A stretch of 64,000 bases of DNA, taken from an uncultured Verrucomicrobiae bacterium (lineage in GTDB: Bacteria; Verrucomicrobiota; Verrucomicrobiia; Chthoniobacterales; JAATET01). Positions 28,095 through 38,585 of the stretch are shown here, piece by piece (position 1 is the stretch's first letter; each line of letters begins with the position of its first letter). The stretch spans positions 51,592-115,591 of the forward strand of contig CAVRCI010000010.1 in NCBI GenBank assembly GCA_963719495.1. Direction: 5' to 3'. A model generated the notes under the pieces. That model was not told where the DNA came from. It made no database searches and saw only the letters and a program-made list of their open reading frames with translations. The translations under genes were made by a program, and so were the position numbers.

Positions 28095-29993
28095 ATGACC
28101 GAACTCGAACGCCTCCGTCACTCCTGCGCCCACGTCCTCGCCACCGCCATCCTGCGCATCTGGCCCGACGCCCAATTCGCCGCCGGCCCACCCGTCGACC
28201 AGGGCTTCTACTACGACGTCGAGCTCGACCACCGCATCACCCCCGAGGATTTCCCCGCCATCGAGGCCGAAATGAAAGCCGAGGCGAAGCGAAACAACGT
28301 CTTCGAGCGCGTCGAAATCTCCCGCGCCGAAGCGGTCGAGCTCGCCACCCGCGGCGAACTCGCCGCCCTCGGCCCCCGCGACCAACCGTCCAAATTCAAA
28401 CTCGATATCCTCACCCGCATCCCCGAAGGCGAGACCATCACCCTCTTTCGCAACGGCGATTTCACCGACCTCTGCGCCGGCCCGCACGTCCCCCGCACCG
28501 GCAACCTCAAAGCCTTCCAGCTCACCCACCTCGCCAGCGCCTACTACCTCGGAGACGAAAAAAATCCCCAGCTCCAGCGCATCTACGGCACCGCCTTCAA
28601 AAACAAAACCGAGCTCGAAGCCCACTTCGCCATGCTCGAAGAAGCCAAGCGCCGCGACCACCGCAAGATCGGCGCCGAGATGGGCCTCTTCGCCATGGAC
28701 CCCGAATACGTCGGCCCCGGCCTCCCCCTCTGGCTCCCCAAAGGCACCGTCCTCGTCGAGGAATTGGAAAAGCTGGCGAAAGAGACCGAATTTGCCGCCG
28801 GCTACGACCGAGTCCGCACCCCCCACATCGCCCGCGAGAAGATGTATCTCACCAGCGGCCACCTCCCCTACTACGAAGACAGCATGTTCCCCCCCATGGA
28901 ACTCAACGAAGGCGCCACCGGCGCCGCCCGGGGACCGCGAGCTTCCAGCTCGCCCACCGAGGCTTCCAGCCCCGGTGCCCCCCAACCCGGCGAAGCCGCT
29001 AACTCCCCCGCCGAATCCACCGAAGACACCACCGACCGCTACTACCTCAAAGCGATGAACTGCCCGCACCACCACCGCATCTTCGCGGCGGAGCCCCGCA
29101 GTTACCGCGACCTCCCCCTCCGCCTCGCCGAATACGGCTGCTGCTACCGCTACGAGCAAAGCGGCGAACTCCTCGGCCTCATGCGCGTCCGCAGCATGCA
29201 GATGAACGACGCCCACATCTACTGCACCGAAGACCAGTTCGCCGAAGAATTCCGCGCCGTGAACGAGATGTATCTGAAGTATTTCAAAATCTTCGGCCTC
29301 GACCGCTACCAGATGCGCTTCAGCACCCACGATCCCGCCAAGCTCGGCCAGAAATTCGTCGACGACCCCATCCTCTGGAAAAAAACCGAGGACATGGTCC
29401 GCCGCGTCCTCATCGACACCGACATCAACTACGTCGAAGTCCCGAACGAAGCCGCCTTCTATGGCCCGAAAATCGACGTCCAGGTTTGGAGCGCCATCGG
29501 TCGCGAATTCACCATCGCCACCAACCAGGTCGACTTCGCCGTCCCGTCCAAGTTCGGCCTCGTCTACAAAACCAGCGACAACACCGAGGCCACCCCGCTC
29601 TGCATTCACCGAGCCCCGCTCGGCACCCACGAGCGCTTCATCGGTTTCCTCATCGAGCATTACGCCGGGAATTTCCCCCTCTGGCTCGCCCCCGAACAGG
29701 TCCGCATCATCACCATCGGCAGCGAAGAGCCCCTCGTCGCCTACGCTAAGTCGATCCACCAGGAACTCCGCGCCCACGGCGTCCGCGCCGAACTCGACGC
29801 CACCGACGACCACATGAAAGGCAAAATCCTCGCCGCCGAGCAGCGCAAAGTCCACACCATGCTCGTCATCGGAGGCCGCGACCTCGAGGCCGGCAAAGTC
29901 TCCGTCCGCCTCCACGGCCAGGGCAACGTCGGAGCCAAAGACAAAAACGTCGCCGTAGCCGAGATCCTCGAAGCCATCCGAACCCGAAGCTAG
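28095..29993 (+). CDS. thrS: Threonine--tRNA ligase (no N-terminal TGS domain; repeat-derived insertion)
   Basis: RHSCAHVLA, DLCAGPH, QRIYGTAF, RDHRKIG, MNCPHH, YRYEQSG, AAFYGPKID, IHRAPLGTHERF. Confidence 0.97.
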   Translation: MTELERLRHSCAHVLATAILRIWPDAQFAAGPPVDQGFYYDVELDHRITPEDFPAIEAEMKAEAKRNNVFERVEISRAEAVELATRGELAALGPRDQPSKFKLDILTRIPEGETITLFRNGDFTDLCAGPHVPRTGNLKAFQLTHLASAYYLGDEKNPQLQRIYGTAFKNKTELEAHFAMLEEAKRRDHRKIGAEMGLFAMDPEYVGPGLPLWLPKGTVLVEELEKLAKETEFAAGYDRVRTPHIAREKMYLTSGHLPYYEDSMFPPMELNEGATGAARGPRASSSPTEASSPGAPQPGEAANSPAESTEDTTDRYYLKAMNCPHHHRIFAAEPRSYRDLPLRLAEYGCCYRYEQSGELLGLMRVRSMQMNDAHIYCTEDQFAEEFRAVNEMYLKYFKIFGLDRYQMRFSTHDPAKLGQKFVDDPILWKKTEDMVRRVLIDTDINYVEVPNEAAFYGPKIDVQVWSAIGREFTIATNQVDFAVPSKFGLVYKTSDNTEATPLCIHRAPLGTHERFIGFLIEHYAGNFPLWLAPEQVRIITIGSEEPLVAYAKSIHQELRAHGVRAELDATDDHMKGKILAAEQRKVHTMLVIGGRDLEAGKVSVRLHGQGNVGAKDKNVAVAEILEAIRTRS

Positions 29994-30124
29994 GGGAGCG
30001 CACGCGTCCCCGCGTGCGTGATGCGGCGTCCCGCCGCATCACGAGGCAATGCAAAGCGAGCCGAAGCCCCATCAAGGAGCGGCGATTTGCAATCGCCGAC
30101 CCAACCCCTGGCGCGAAGCGCTCA
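29993..30124. repeat. Composite repeat: family B hairpin (GGGGANCGCACGCGTCCCCGCGTGC) plus family A
   Basis: Family B copies also at 39322-39346 and 61637-61661. Confidence 0.85.
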
Positions 30125-30236
30125 CTCTCCTTGCCATTTTATTTCGCCCCCCCCTTACAGCAGAGCCAACCAAAATCATCCATCGAGCCGCCAATTTGAA
30201 TGGACATCTCGGATCAATCGGATCATACGAAAATTC

Positions 30237-30653
30237 ATGAAGACACTCACCGTGATCGCATTTTTCTTTTTGACCCTGGCCGGTGAAGCTTCCGCTGGAT
30301 CGAAGACCAAAATCTTCGCCGGAATTTATCAGGGCAACGCGAGCCTTGAATCTTCTACGGGTGACAGTCGATTCTACAGCCCGGTCCGAGTCCGGGTTAG
30401 CAACAGTGGCAAGATAGTCGGCACGGCTTACTTCTCCGACTCTGCCACGCTATACCGTGTGAAAGGACAAATCCGCCGAGTAAAAGTAACCGGATCGCTT
30501 CTGTATCAAGCCAAAGCCACCGGGAATTTTTCCGATGGGACCCGTTGGGTCGTCACGTTCACCGGCTCGCCAGCAGTTGACACACGGAGCGCCAGCGGGA
30601 CGGCAAAACTAGGCGATTACCGCGGATCGCTCCTGCTGCCGAGCAGTGACTAA
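30237..30653 (+). CDS. Hypothetical secreted beta-rich protein, lower GC
   Basis: ATG 30237, signal peptide MKTLTVIAFFFLTLAGEASA, atypical codon usage, flanked by family A repeats. Confidence 0.7.
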   Translation: MKTLTVIAFFFLTLAGEASAGSKTKIFAGIYQGNASLESSTGDSRFYSPVRVRVSNSGKIVGTAYFSDSATLYRVKGQIRRVKVTGSLLYQAKATGNFSDGTRWVVTFTGSPAVDTRSASGTAKLGDYRGSLLLPSSD

Positions 30654-30743
30654 GGTCTTCAGCGAAACAGCTCGCAGGAGTCTCGAGGAACGGCGACCTC
30701 CCGCTCGCCGCACCAACCCAAAGCGCGAAGCGCTCAACACTCC

Positions 30744-31754
30744 TTACACCATCCCGCCAAACATCGCCGCGTCCCCATCCCGGTAGCTCATCCACCGCCG
30801 GTAAGGCTCGAATTTCCGACCCTCCGACGCCGGCTCCACCCGCCGCTCCAGTGCGATCATGTCGCCCGCGTCCATCGCGGAAAATTCCATCGCCAGCCGC
30901 GCGTTCTCCCGCAACTGCGCCTCGCTCGTCACCCCCGTCACCAACGAGGCCACCGGGTGCGACCACGCGTAGCGCAGCCCCTCGTCCAACGAGAACACCC
31001 CCTTCTTCACCGGCGCGAAATTCCCACCCAGCGTCTTCATCGCCAGCGGAGCGATCTTCTGCTCGAGCAACTCCGGTAAAACCCGCCGAACGAACGCATC
31101 CGAGTTCGCTTCAATCGGCGAGACCGGCAGCTGACACGCGTCGAATTCATACCCGTGCTTCAGCACCTCCAGATGCACGTCCGGGTTCGTGTGCCCGGTG
31201 AATCCCACGTATTTCACCCGCCCATCCGCCTTCGCTTCCGTCAGCGCCTCCACGACCCCACCCTTGTCGAACCCCTTCCGCACCTGCTCCTGCGTCGCCA
31301 CCGCGTGCCACTGCCACAGGTCGAGGTGATCCGTCTTCAGCCGCTCGAGCGACTCGTCCAGCATCCGCATTGCCGTGTCGTAGTCCCCCGTATCGTGCGT
31401 GCACACCTTCGTCATCAGAAAAACCTGATTCCGCCGCCCCTCGATCAGCCGACCCATCAGTTCCTCCGACTTCCCACCGTGATAGTCCCAGGCGTTGTCG
31501 AAAAATGTCACACCCAGCTCCAGCGCCGCGTCCACCATCTTCGCCGCCTCCTCGTCGCTAGCCATTCGCAGCGCGTGCCCGCCCAACGAAAGCGCCGAGA
31601 CCTGCAAGTCATGCCGCCCAAACTTCCGGGTCGGCACCATCACCCGCTTCCCATCGGCCCCAAAGACCCGGCCACCCCCGACCATCAACCCCGCCGTCGC
31701 CAACCCCATCCGCCGTAAAAACTCCCGCCGCTCGTAGGTCGATCGTTCAGCCAT
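30744..31754 (-). CDS. Tat-exported aldo/keto reductase
   Basis: RREFL twin-arginine signal, VSALSLGG, FFDNAWDY, FLMTKV, LKTDHLDLWQWH, LAMKTL. Confidence 0.92.
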   Translation of the reverse strand: MAERSTYERREFLRRMGLATAGLMVGGGRVFGADGKRVMVPTRKFGRHDLQVSALSLGGHALRMASDEEAAKMVDAALELGVTFFDNAWDYHGGKSEELMGRLIEGRRNQVFLMTKVCTHDTGDYDTAMRMLDESLERLKTDHLDLWQWHAVATQEQVRKGFDKGGVVEALTEAKADGRVKYVGFTGHTNPDVHLEVLKHGYEFDACQLPVSPIEANSDAFVRRVLPELLEQKIAPLAMKTLGGNFAPVKKGVFSLDEGLRYAWSHPVASLVTGVTSEAQLRENARLAMEFSAMDAGDMIALERRVEPASEGRKFEPYRRWMSYRDGDAAMFGGMV

Positions 31755-31856
31755 GCACCGACCTTGCCCCACCCCAGCCCAACCCGCAACCCCCCCGAAC
31801 CGATTTCTAACTCCTCATTTCACATTTCTAATTTCTAATTTCTAATTTCTAATTTT

Positions 31857-33200
31857 CTAAAAAAACCACCCCAACGCCGCCGCGTCGATCACCGCAATCT
31901 CGGGCTCATCGTCCACCCGCACCCAAGCCCGGTCACCCTCCACCTTCCCCACCGTCACCCGCCGCACCGGAAATCGCCCGCGCGCCGACTCCGGCGTATT
32001 CTCCGACAGCCACGCGTCGAATTCCACCACGCCGACCGGCGCGCCGAATCCCCCCGCCGCCAATTCCTCCCGCGTGACGGGCCGATACTCGATCACCCGC
32101 GCGCCCGTCAGCTTCGCCACCCGCTGCACGACGTCCGACTCCTCGAATGCCTCGTCCCCCAGCCGCCAGCCATCCCCCGCCCGCACCAACTCCTTGCTCT
32201 CCCCGTCACTCCCGATCCGAATCCGGTCGATCGTGTCCAGATTCACGTCCACCAGCCGCCGGTCCCGCAAATCATCGGGCTGCACGCCAAGCTGATCCCA
32301 CACCGCGATCGGCAATCGATACACGCTGTCCCGTGCCGTCGACTGCACGATCACCGACTTCCCGTCCGCTGCCTCGCCGCCAAACCGCAGCGCCAGCGGA
32401 CGTTTCTCCCCATTCGCGTAAAAAATCACCTCCGCCCGCGGCTCGCTCAACCCGAACGCGCTCAAATCATCCGACTCGTCCGCGACAAATTCCTCGATCC
32501 GCGCCCGCAGGATCGGCTCGAGAAATTTCTCCACCGCCTCCCCGCCCGCCCGCGCCCGCAGCGGCCGCACGATCTCCCATCCCGACAAACTCCGCGCCAC
32601 CTCGACCTCCCCCGCCGCCGTCTTCAGCACAAATCGATCGATCTGCGACACCGTCAAAGCCGTCAGCACCGGATCGCGAAAATCCTTCGCCCGCCGAAAA
32701 GCCAATTTCTGCAACGCGTCACGCACCACGAAAACCTCCTCGGAATCCCCCCGCCGCACGTAAATCCGACCGTCCCCCACCGCCTCCTTGCCAAAAAGCA
32801 GCCGCCCGCCCGCTCCGCCGATCACCTCGATCTCACTCTTCGGCGAGTCCAATCCGTAATCATCCAACTCCGCCCGCCCCGCATCGATGTCGTCCGCCGC
32901 CACCCGGTCCAGCACCTCGAGAGTCGTCAATTCCTGCAGCAAACCGAGCACCAGCACCGTCGCCGCCCGGTCCCGCGGCCGAGGACCCACCGTCCACCCG
33001 TCGGGTTTGCGCGTCAGCTCCACCACGTCGTCCCCCGTCACGATCCGCAATCCTGTGATCGCTCCCGCATCGAGATTCATCACAAAATCCCGCCCCGCTT
33101 CCCGCTCCCGCGAACTCGTCAACCGCGGCTCGATCCCAAAAACGAACACCCCCGCCGCCACCGCCAGCAGGACGAGCAGCACCGTCCCCCACCGACTCAC
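31857..33200 (-). CDS. DUF4340 domain protein
   Basis: GTG start overlapping the upstream stop, N-terminal TM, repeated LDDYGLDSP / LSAFGLSEP and FRD/LRD motifs. Confidence 0.82.
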   Translation of the reverse strand: MSRWGTVLLVLLAVAAGVFVFGIEPRLTSSREREAGRDFVMNLDAGAITGLRIVTGDDVVELTRKPDGWTVGPRPRDRAATVLVLGLLQELTTLEVLDRVAADDIDAGRAELDDYGLDSPKSEIEVIGGAGGRLLFGKEAVGDGRIYVRRGDSEEVFVVRDALQKLAFRRAKDFRDPVLTALTVSQIDRFVLKTAAGEVEVARSLSGWEIVRPLRARAGGEAVEKFLEPILRARIEEFVADESDDLSAFGLSEPRAEVIFYANGEKRPLALRFGGEAADGKSVIVQSTARDSVYRLPIAVWDQLGVQPDDLRDRRLVDVNLDTIDRIRIGSDGESKELVRAGDGWRLGDEAFEESDVVQRVAKLTGARVIEYRPVTREELAAGGFGAPVGVVEFDAWLSENTPESARGRFPVRRVTVGKVEGDRAWVRVDDEPEIAVIDAAALGWFF

Positions 33201-34686
33201 GCCCGCCGTCTCCAGGCCACGACCAATCCCAGCAACGCCACCACGCCCGGGATCACCACCATCACGTAGAATCCCAGCCGATCCACCTGCGCCGGAGTCA
33301 GGCTCAGCGTGAACCTCCGCACCACCTTCGGAGTGATCCCCGTGAGCGTCGCCCGGTCGACCATCCAATTCACCGCGCTCAGCACGAAGTCCAGGTTCGC
33401 CGGAGCCTGCTGCATCGAAGCGTCCCGCAAAAATTCCCGGTTGCCGATCACGACCATTTTCGCCGAGTTCACCTCCACCCGGTCGTCCCGCGTCCCCCCC
33501 TCTCCGCCGAGATCGCGATGGCCAACGGCTGCCCGACGTCCACTCCGTCGTCGTATTTCACACCATCCTGAATCGTCTCGAAATCCGTCTCGCCCCAGAA
33601 CGTTTCCGGCGTCCCCACCAGCGGGCGCACCCGCACCCGCGCCTTCGCGGCCACCGCGTCGTCGACCGTGAGCGATGCCGTCGCCACCGGAAACAGCGCG
33701 TTCACTCCGCCCAACCGCTTCGTGATCGGCGATCCGTCGATGAAGATCCCGGGCACATCCTTCAAAACGTAAAACGTCCCCGGCTTCAGCGGAGCCGGCA
33801 TGACCTGCAGCACCCGATTCCGCCCCGCGACGATCCCAGCCTCCGCGACGAACTTCGCCAATTCCGGCGTCTCCGCCTCCGGGTCCAGCGCGACAATCAG
33901 CCGCCCATCCGCCGCCCAATATTTCCGCAACGCCGCCAACTCCGGCTCCGCCAGATCGTAGGACGCCCCCCCCACCAGCACCGCGCTCGCATCCTCCGGC
34001 ACCGCTTTCCCGCCCGCGAGATTAAGCGTGATGAGATCCGCGTTCTGTCGCCGCAACCCGTCCGCCAGGAAGCTCAGCTCATCGCCCGACACCTCACCGT
34101 GCCCCTCGAGCACGTAAACGACCTGACGCTCCGGGTTCAAAAGCTGGAGCAGCGCTCCGGTCAGAACCTGCTCGCCCGCAAACGCCTCGAGCCGCGCGGG
34201 CTCGCCCGTGGCCACCCCCGACAAATCAAATTGCCCCATATCGACCACCGGCAGCGTCGCCGTCTTCCCGTCGTAGTCCAAAATGAGCACGTTCTGGTCG
34301 CCCACGATGTTGTATTTCGACTGCAACTCCCGCGCCCGCGACAGATCCCGCGCCGGATCCACCGTCTCGATCTCGACCCGGTCGCGACCCGAAAACTCGA
34401 ACTCCCGCAACAAATTCCGCACGTCCCCGTAGAGCGCCGACTCCAGCGTCATCCCGCCCGATCCGAAATAAACCACGATCTTCACCGGCTCCCGCAACTG
34501 CCGCAGAACCCGCTTCGTCTGCTCGGCCAACGTGAACTTCTGCGACCGCGAAAAGTCCCACCGCGCGAAGTATTGAAACCCAATCCAGTTCGCCGCGATC
34601 ACCAGAAAAACGACGCACACCACCTGCACCGCCAACCGCAGCCCAATCCCCGATCTCTCGACGCTGTTCCGCTTCGCTTTCCCCAT
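33197..34686 (-). CDS. GldG-family ABC transporter auxiliary protein, frameshifted at G7 run (~33494-33500)
   Basis: RWDFSRSQKFTLAEQT, YVLEGHGE in one frame; VVIGN...NLDFVLSAVNWM...VVIPG..VAWRRRA in another; one extra G joins them. Confidence 0.85.
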
Positions 34687-35441
34687 CACACCCTCCACTT
34701 CCGCGATTGAACCACCTGGAGCGTCAAGTAAAGCGCCAGCCCCGTCAGACTCATGTAAAGCACCACCGGACGCGTATCGAAGACCCCCTGCGAAAACTCA
34801 CTCATGTGCGAAATCGCCGACAGGTAGGACGCCAAATCGCGCAAAAACGGACTCACGCTCACCGTGTAAAAACTGAACAGTCCCCAGTAAAACATCACCG
34901 AGATCGCGGCAAACGCCATGATCGCCGCCACCACCTGATTCTTCGTCAGCGCCGAAGCCAGGCACCCGATCGCCAGGTAAAACATCCCCAGGAGAAGCAG
35001 CATCGCGTAAGCCCCCAGGTAGGACCCAGCCGAGTCCGCCGCCGTCTGATCCGTCAGCCACCCGAAGATGAAAAAATACAGCAGACTCGGTGCCCAAAGG
35101 ACCACGTAGAAAAACAGCGCGCTCAAATACTTCGCCGCCACCACCGTCGCGTCCCGCACCGGAGCCGTCATCAACGTCTCGATCGTCCCCATTTTATACT
35201 CCTCCGCGAAGAGCCGCATCGTGATCAACGGAAACGGCAGCACGAACCCGAACCAGAAAAACGGCGTGTTGAAAAACGCCTCCACCAACGTCACCGAAGC
35301 CGCCCCCCGGTTCATCGTGCTCACCACGAAATAGAAATTGAACCCCGTCAAAAACAGGAAAAAAAACAGGATCACGTAAGCCGTCGGCGACCGGAAATAC
35401 AAAGCGACCTCGCGCCCGAACAGAGTCAGAAATTTCCTCAT
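34686..35441 (-). CDS. GldF-like ABC-2 permease
   Basis: YFRSPTAY, PLITMRLFAEEYKMGTIETLMTAPV, SALTKNQVVA. Confidence 0.9.
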   Translation of the reverse strand: MRKFLTLFGREVALYFRSPTAYVILFFFLFLTGFNFYFVVSTMNRGAASVTLVEAFFNTPFFWFGFVLPFPLITMRLFAEEYKMGTIETLMTAPVRDATVVAAKYLSALFFYVVLWAPSLLYFFIFGWLTDQTAADSAGSYLGAYAMLLLLGMFYLAIGCLASALTKNQVVAAIMAFAAISVMFYWGLFSFYTVSVSPFLRDLASYLSAISHMSEFSQGVFDTRPVVLYMSLTGLALYLTLQVVQSRKWRV

Positions 35442-35495
35442 CTACCTCGCCCTCGATCCGTGTCCATCCGTGTCCATCCGTGGTTCTGCATTGAA

Positions 35496-36434
35496 TCAGT
35501 CATCCGAGTGCGTGATCTCCGCAAACGCATCCTCCAGCGTCGCCCGTTCCCGGCTCAACTCCCGCACCGCCCACCCGCGGTCCACGGCCAACCGGTGCAA
35601 TTCCTCCCGCGGATCGTCCCCCGCCGCCACCGCGATCCGGAATTCCGCCCACTCCCCGTCACCCACCACCTCCACGTCCGCCACGCCCCGCACCGATCTC
35701 AACGCCGCCATCGCGTCGCCCGCGTCGGTCACCCGAGCCTCCATCCGCACGTCGCCCGAAGCCCGCAGACGCGCCCGCAAATTCTCCGGCTTGTCCGACG
35801 CCACGATCTTCCCGCCATTGAGAATCATCACCCGCGAACACGTCATTTCCACCTCCGATAAAATGTGCGTCGAAATGAGAATCGTGTGGTGCCGCCCCAG
35901 ATTGCGAATCAGTTCCCGCACCTGCCGGATCTGGTTCGGATCCAGCCCGATCGTCGGCTCGTCCAGAACGAGGAGGTCCGGCTCGTGGATCATCGCGTCC
36001 GCCAATCCAACGCGCTGACGATATCCCTTCGAGAGCGCGCCCAGCATTTTCGAGCTCACGTCCGTCAACCCACAAAGCTCCAGCACGTCCCCCAGCCGCT
36101 CCTTCATCCGCCGCCCCAGCACGCCCTTCAGCCGCGCCCGGTACCGCAGATATTCCGAAACCCGCATGTCCAGATAGAGCGGCACATTCTCCGGCAGATA
36201 CCCGATCCGCTCCCGCGCCCGCAGCGAATCCGAAAAAACGTCATACCCCGCGATCTCCGCCCGCCCGCTCGTCGGCGGCAGGAAGCACGAAAGCATCCGC
36301 ATCGTCGTGCTCTTCCCCGCCCCGTTCGGCCCCAAAAACCCCACGATCTCCCCCTTCCCCACCTCGAAAGAAATCCCATCCACCGCCACAGCCGCCCCGT
36401 AGCGCTTCGTCAAATTCTCAACACGGATCATCAT
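35496..36434 (-). CDS. GldA-like ABC transporter ATP-binding protein
   Basis: GPNGAGKST, LSKGYRQRVGLA, LDEPTIGLDP, STHILSEVE. Confidence 0.93.
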   Translation of the reverse strand: MMIRVENLTKRYGAAVAVDGISFEVGKGEIVGFLGPNGAGKSTTMRMLSCFLPPTSGRAEIAGYDVFSDSLRARERIGYLPENVPLYLDMRVSEYLRYRARLKGVLGRRMKERLGDVLELCGLTDVSSKMLGALSKGYRQRVGLADAMIHEPDLLVLDEPTIGLDPNQIRQVRELIRNLGRHHTILISTHILSEVEMTCSRVMILNGGKIVASDKPENLRARLRASGDVRMEARVTDAGDAMAALRSVRGVADVEVVGDGEWAEFRIAVAAGDDPREELHRLAVDRGWAVRELSRERATLEDAFAEITHSDD

Positions 36435-36577
36435 TTCGGGGAAGGACACTACACTTCAAGACCCGCCAACTTGCAATCGCCGACCCCAACGTGGCATTGA
36501 CTTCCAGCCGAACCGCTCAAGGAACGGCGATTTGCAATCGCCGCACCAACCAAAAGCGAAGCTCAAGCCGCATTTCA

Positions 36578-37657
36578 TCACCCCCTAAAAATAAACCCAC
36601 CGTCCCCCCCGCCCCCACCCTCCGCCAGCACCGCATCGACCAACCCCCGGTCCGCCGAAAACTCACACACTGGATCCGTCCGCCCCGCATCCCCGGTGAT
36701 CAACGCCGCCTGACACCGGCACCCCCCGAAATCCTCCGACTGGAACTCACAAGACCGACAAGGCTCCGGCATCCAGTCGAAACCGCGGAACCGCTGAAAC
36801 GCCTCGCTCTCCCGCCAGATTTCGCCCAGCGATCGCTCCATCACGTTCTCGAACCGCATTCCCGGGATCGCGTCCGGCGCCGCCTGGCACGGCAACACCT
36901 CCCCGCGCGGATTCACCGTGATCCCCCGCATCCCCCACCCGTGCAAACAAGGCTTCGGCCGCCGAGCGTAATAATCCGGCATCACGTAGACCACGTCCAT
37001 CCGCCCCCGCAGCCGCTCCGCCTCCCGCCGCGCCACCCCGTCCGCCACCTCCACCTGCTCCCGCGTCGGCAGCAACGCCGCCCGATTTTTCCAAGCCCAC
37101 CCGTAGAACTGCACGTTCGCCAACTCGATCCGCATCGCCCCCAGCGACTCCGCCAGCGCGATCATTTCCCCGATCCGCCCGATCGTCCGTCGATGCAGCA
37201 CCACGTTCACCCCCAGCGGCAACCCAGCCGCGACCACCGCCCGTGCCCCGTCCAGCTTCGCCGCGTGCGTCCGCGCCCCGGCCACCTCGTCCGCCAACTC
37301 CACCTCGTCCGACTGAAAACTCACCTGCACCACGTCCAACCCCGCCTCCCGCAACCCCACCGCCCGCCGCTCCGTCAGCCCCACCGCGCTCGTGATCAGA
37401 TTCGAATAAACCCCCTCCGCCCGCGCCACCGCCACCACCTCCTCCAACCCCGGAAACAACAACGGCTCCCCACCCGACAACCCCACCTGCACCACCCCCA
37501 GCTCCGCCGCCTCCCGGATCACCCGCCCCCACTCCGCCGCCGGCAATTCCTCCTCCCGCCGCGCCAGCTCCAGCGGATTCGAGCAATACGGGCAGTGTAA
37601 CGGACACCGGTGAGTCAGCTCCGCCAGCAATCCATAAGGTCGCAGCGCGTCCATCAC
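36578..37657 (-). CDS. pqqE: PqqA peptide cyclase, radical SAM/SPASM
   Basis: LLAELTHRCPLHCPYCSNP, ELANVQFYGWA, PDYY..RPKPC, CRSC...DFGGCRCQA. Confidence 0.95.
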   Translation of the reverse strand: MMDALRPYGLLAELTHRCPLHCPYCSNPLELARREEELPAAEWGRVIREAAELGVVQVGLSGGEPLLFPGLEEVVAVARAEGVYSNLITSAVGLTERRAVGLREAGLDVVQVSFQSDEVELADEVAGARTHAAKLDGARAVVAAGLPLGVNVVLHRRTIGRIGEMIALAESLGAMRIELANVQFYGWAWKNRAALLPTREQVEVADGVARREAERLRGRMDVVYVMPDYYARRPKPCLHGWGMRGITVNPRGEVLPCQAAPDAIPGMRFENVMERSLGEIWRESEAFQRFRGFDWMPEPCRSCEFQSEDFGGCRCQAALITGDAGRTDPVCEFSADRGLVDAVLAEGGGGGDGGFIFRG

Positions 37658-37902
37658 CCCACCAACAGCCCCCGACCCACCAGATCCCCAACCACCACCT
37701 CGACGTCCGCCAAAACAACCCCCTCGAACTCCTCACCCAGCACCGCTGCAATCTCCTCCACCGACCGCACCCCATCACAAAGCCGCACCACCGCCTCCGC
37801 CGACTCACTCAGCTCGATCGCCCCCTCCGGATACAGCAACATCGTCACCCCCGTCACCCGATCCGCCCGCAACCGCGCAAACCCAACCAACCGCGGCCTC
37901 AT
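37654..37902 (-). CDS. pqqD: PQQ biosynthesis peptide chaperone
   Basis: DRV...LLYPEGAIELSESA..V.RLCDG.RS; between pqqC and pqqE. Confidence 0.9.
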   Translation of the reverse strand: MRPRLVGFARLRADRVTGVTMLLYPEGAIELSESAEAVVRLCDGVRSVEEIAAVLGEEFEGVVLADVEVVVGDLVGRGLLVG

Positions 37903-38585
37903 CGCGACTCACTCCCACCCTCGATCGCATCCAGCACCGCCCAGAGCACGTCGCACTTGAACTCCAAAGCCGCCACCGCCGCCGCCCGCAATTCCACCGA
38001 ATCACAATACCGCATCGTAAATTCCAGCGCCTCGTCCGAATCCACGCGCGCCTGCGTCACCCGGCCCTCGAAGTATTCGAACGCCCACTCCGCCACCCAC
38101 GGATAAAATTTCCGAAAAGCCGCCAACCGCTCCGCCATCAAATCCGGCGCGAAAAGCTCGGTCAGCGAAGAAGCGATCGCCACCGGCCACGGCCGCGACC
38201 GCGCAAAATTCACGTAGGCATCCACCGCAAACCGCACCCCCGGAACCACCCCGCCACAATCCTCGATCTCCGCCCGGTCCATCCCGCACCCCTCGCCCAA
38301 CCGCAGCCACTTCTCGATTCCACCCACCTCGCCTTCGCGCCCATCGTGATCCGTCACGCGATGAATCCACACCCGCCGCACCGCCCGCACCGGGCAATTG
38401 CTCAGGATCGCCGCATCCTTCGGCGGAATGTTCAGCTGATAGTAATAGCGATTCGCCACCCACCGCCGAATCTCCTCCCGCGAAAGCTCCCCCGCATTCA
38501 TCCGCAAATGAAACGGATGCCGGTGATGATACCGCCCAACGCCCACGGCCCGCAAAGCCGCCAAAAACTCCCCATCCGTCATCAT
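37899..38585 (-). CDS. pqqC: Pyrroloquinoline-quinone synthase
   Basis: RYHHRHPFH, WVANRYYYQ..IP.KDAAI, DHDG, GVRFAVDAY, SSLTELFAP, FKCDVLWA.LD; start at MMTDG. Confidence 0.95.
   Translation of the reverse strand: MMTDGEFLAALRAVGVGRYHHRHPFHLRMNAGELSREEIRRWVANRYYYQLNIPPKDAAILSNCPVRAVRRVWIHRVTDHDGREGEVGGIEKWLRLGEGCGMDRAEIEDCGGVVPGVRFAVDAYVNFARSRPWPVAIASSLTELFAPDLMAERLAAFRKFYPWVAEWAFEYFEGRVTQARVDSDEALEFTMRYCDSVELRAAAVAALEFKCDVLWAVLDAIEGGSESR

Noticed and set aside
27606..29915. Long antisense ORFs (also 10414-12066, 24190-26523, 42170-44038, 53497-55734 and similar)
   Set aside because: High-GC shadow frames overlapping well-supported genes, with no motifs
33197..36434. Gliding motility machinery
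   Set aside because: GldA/F/G-like ABC systems with DUF4340 are widespread in non-gliding bacteria; no T9SS genes here
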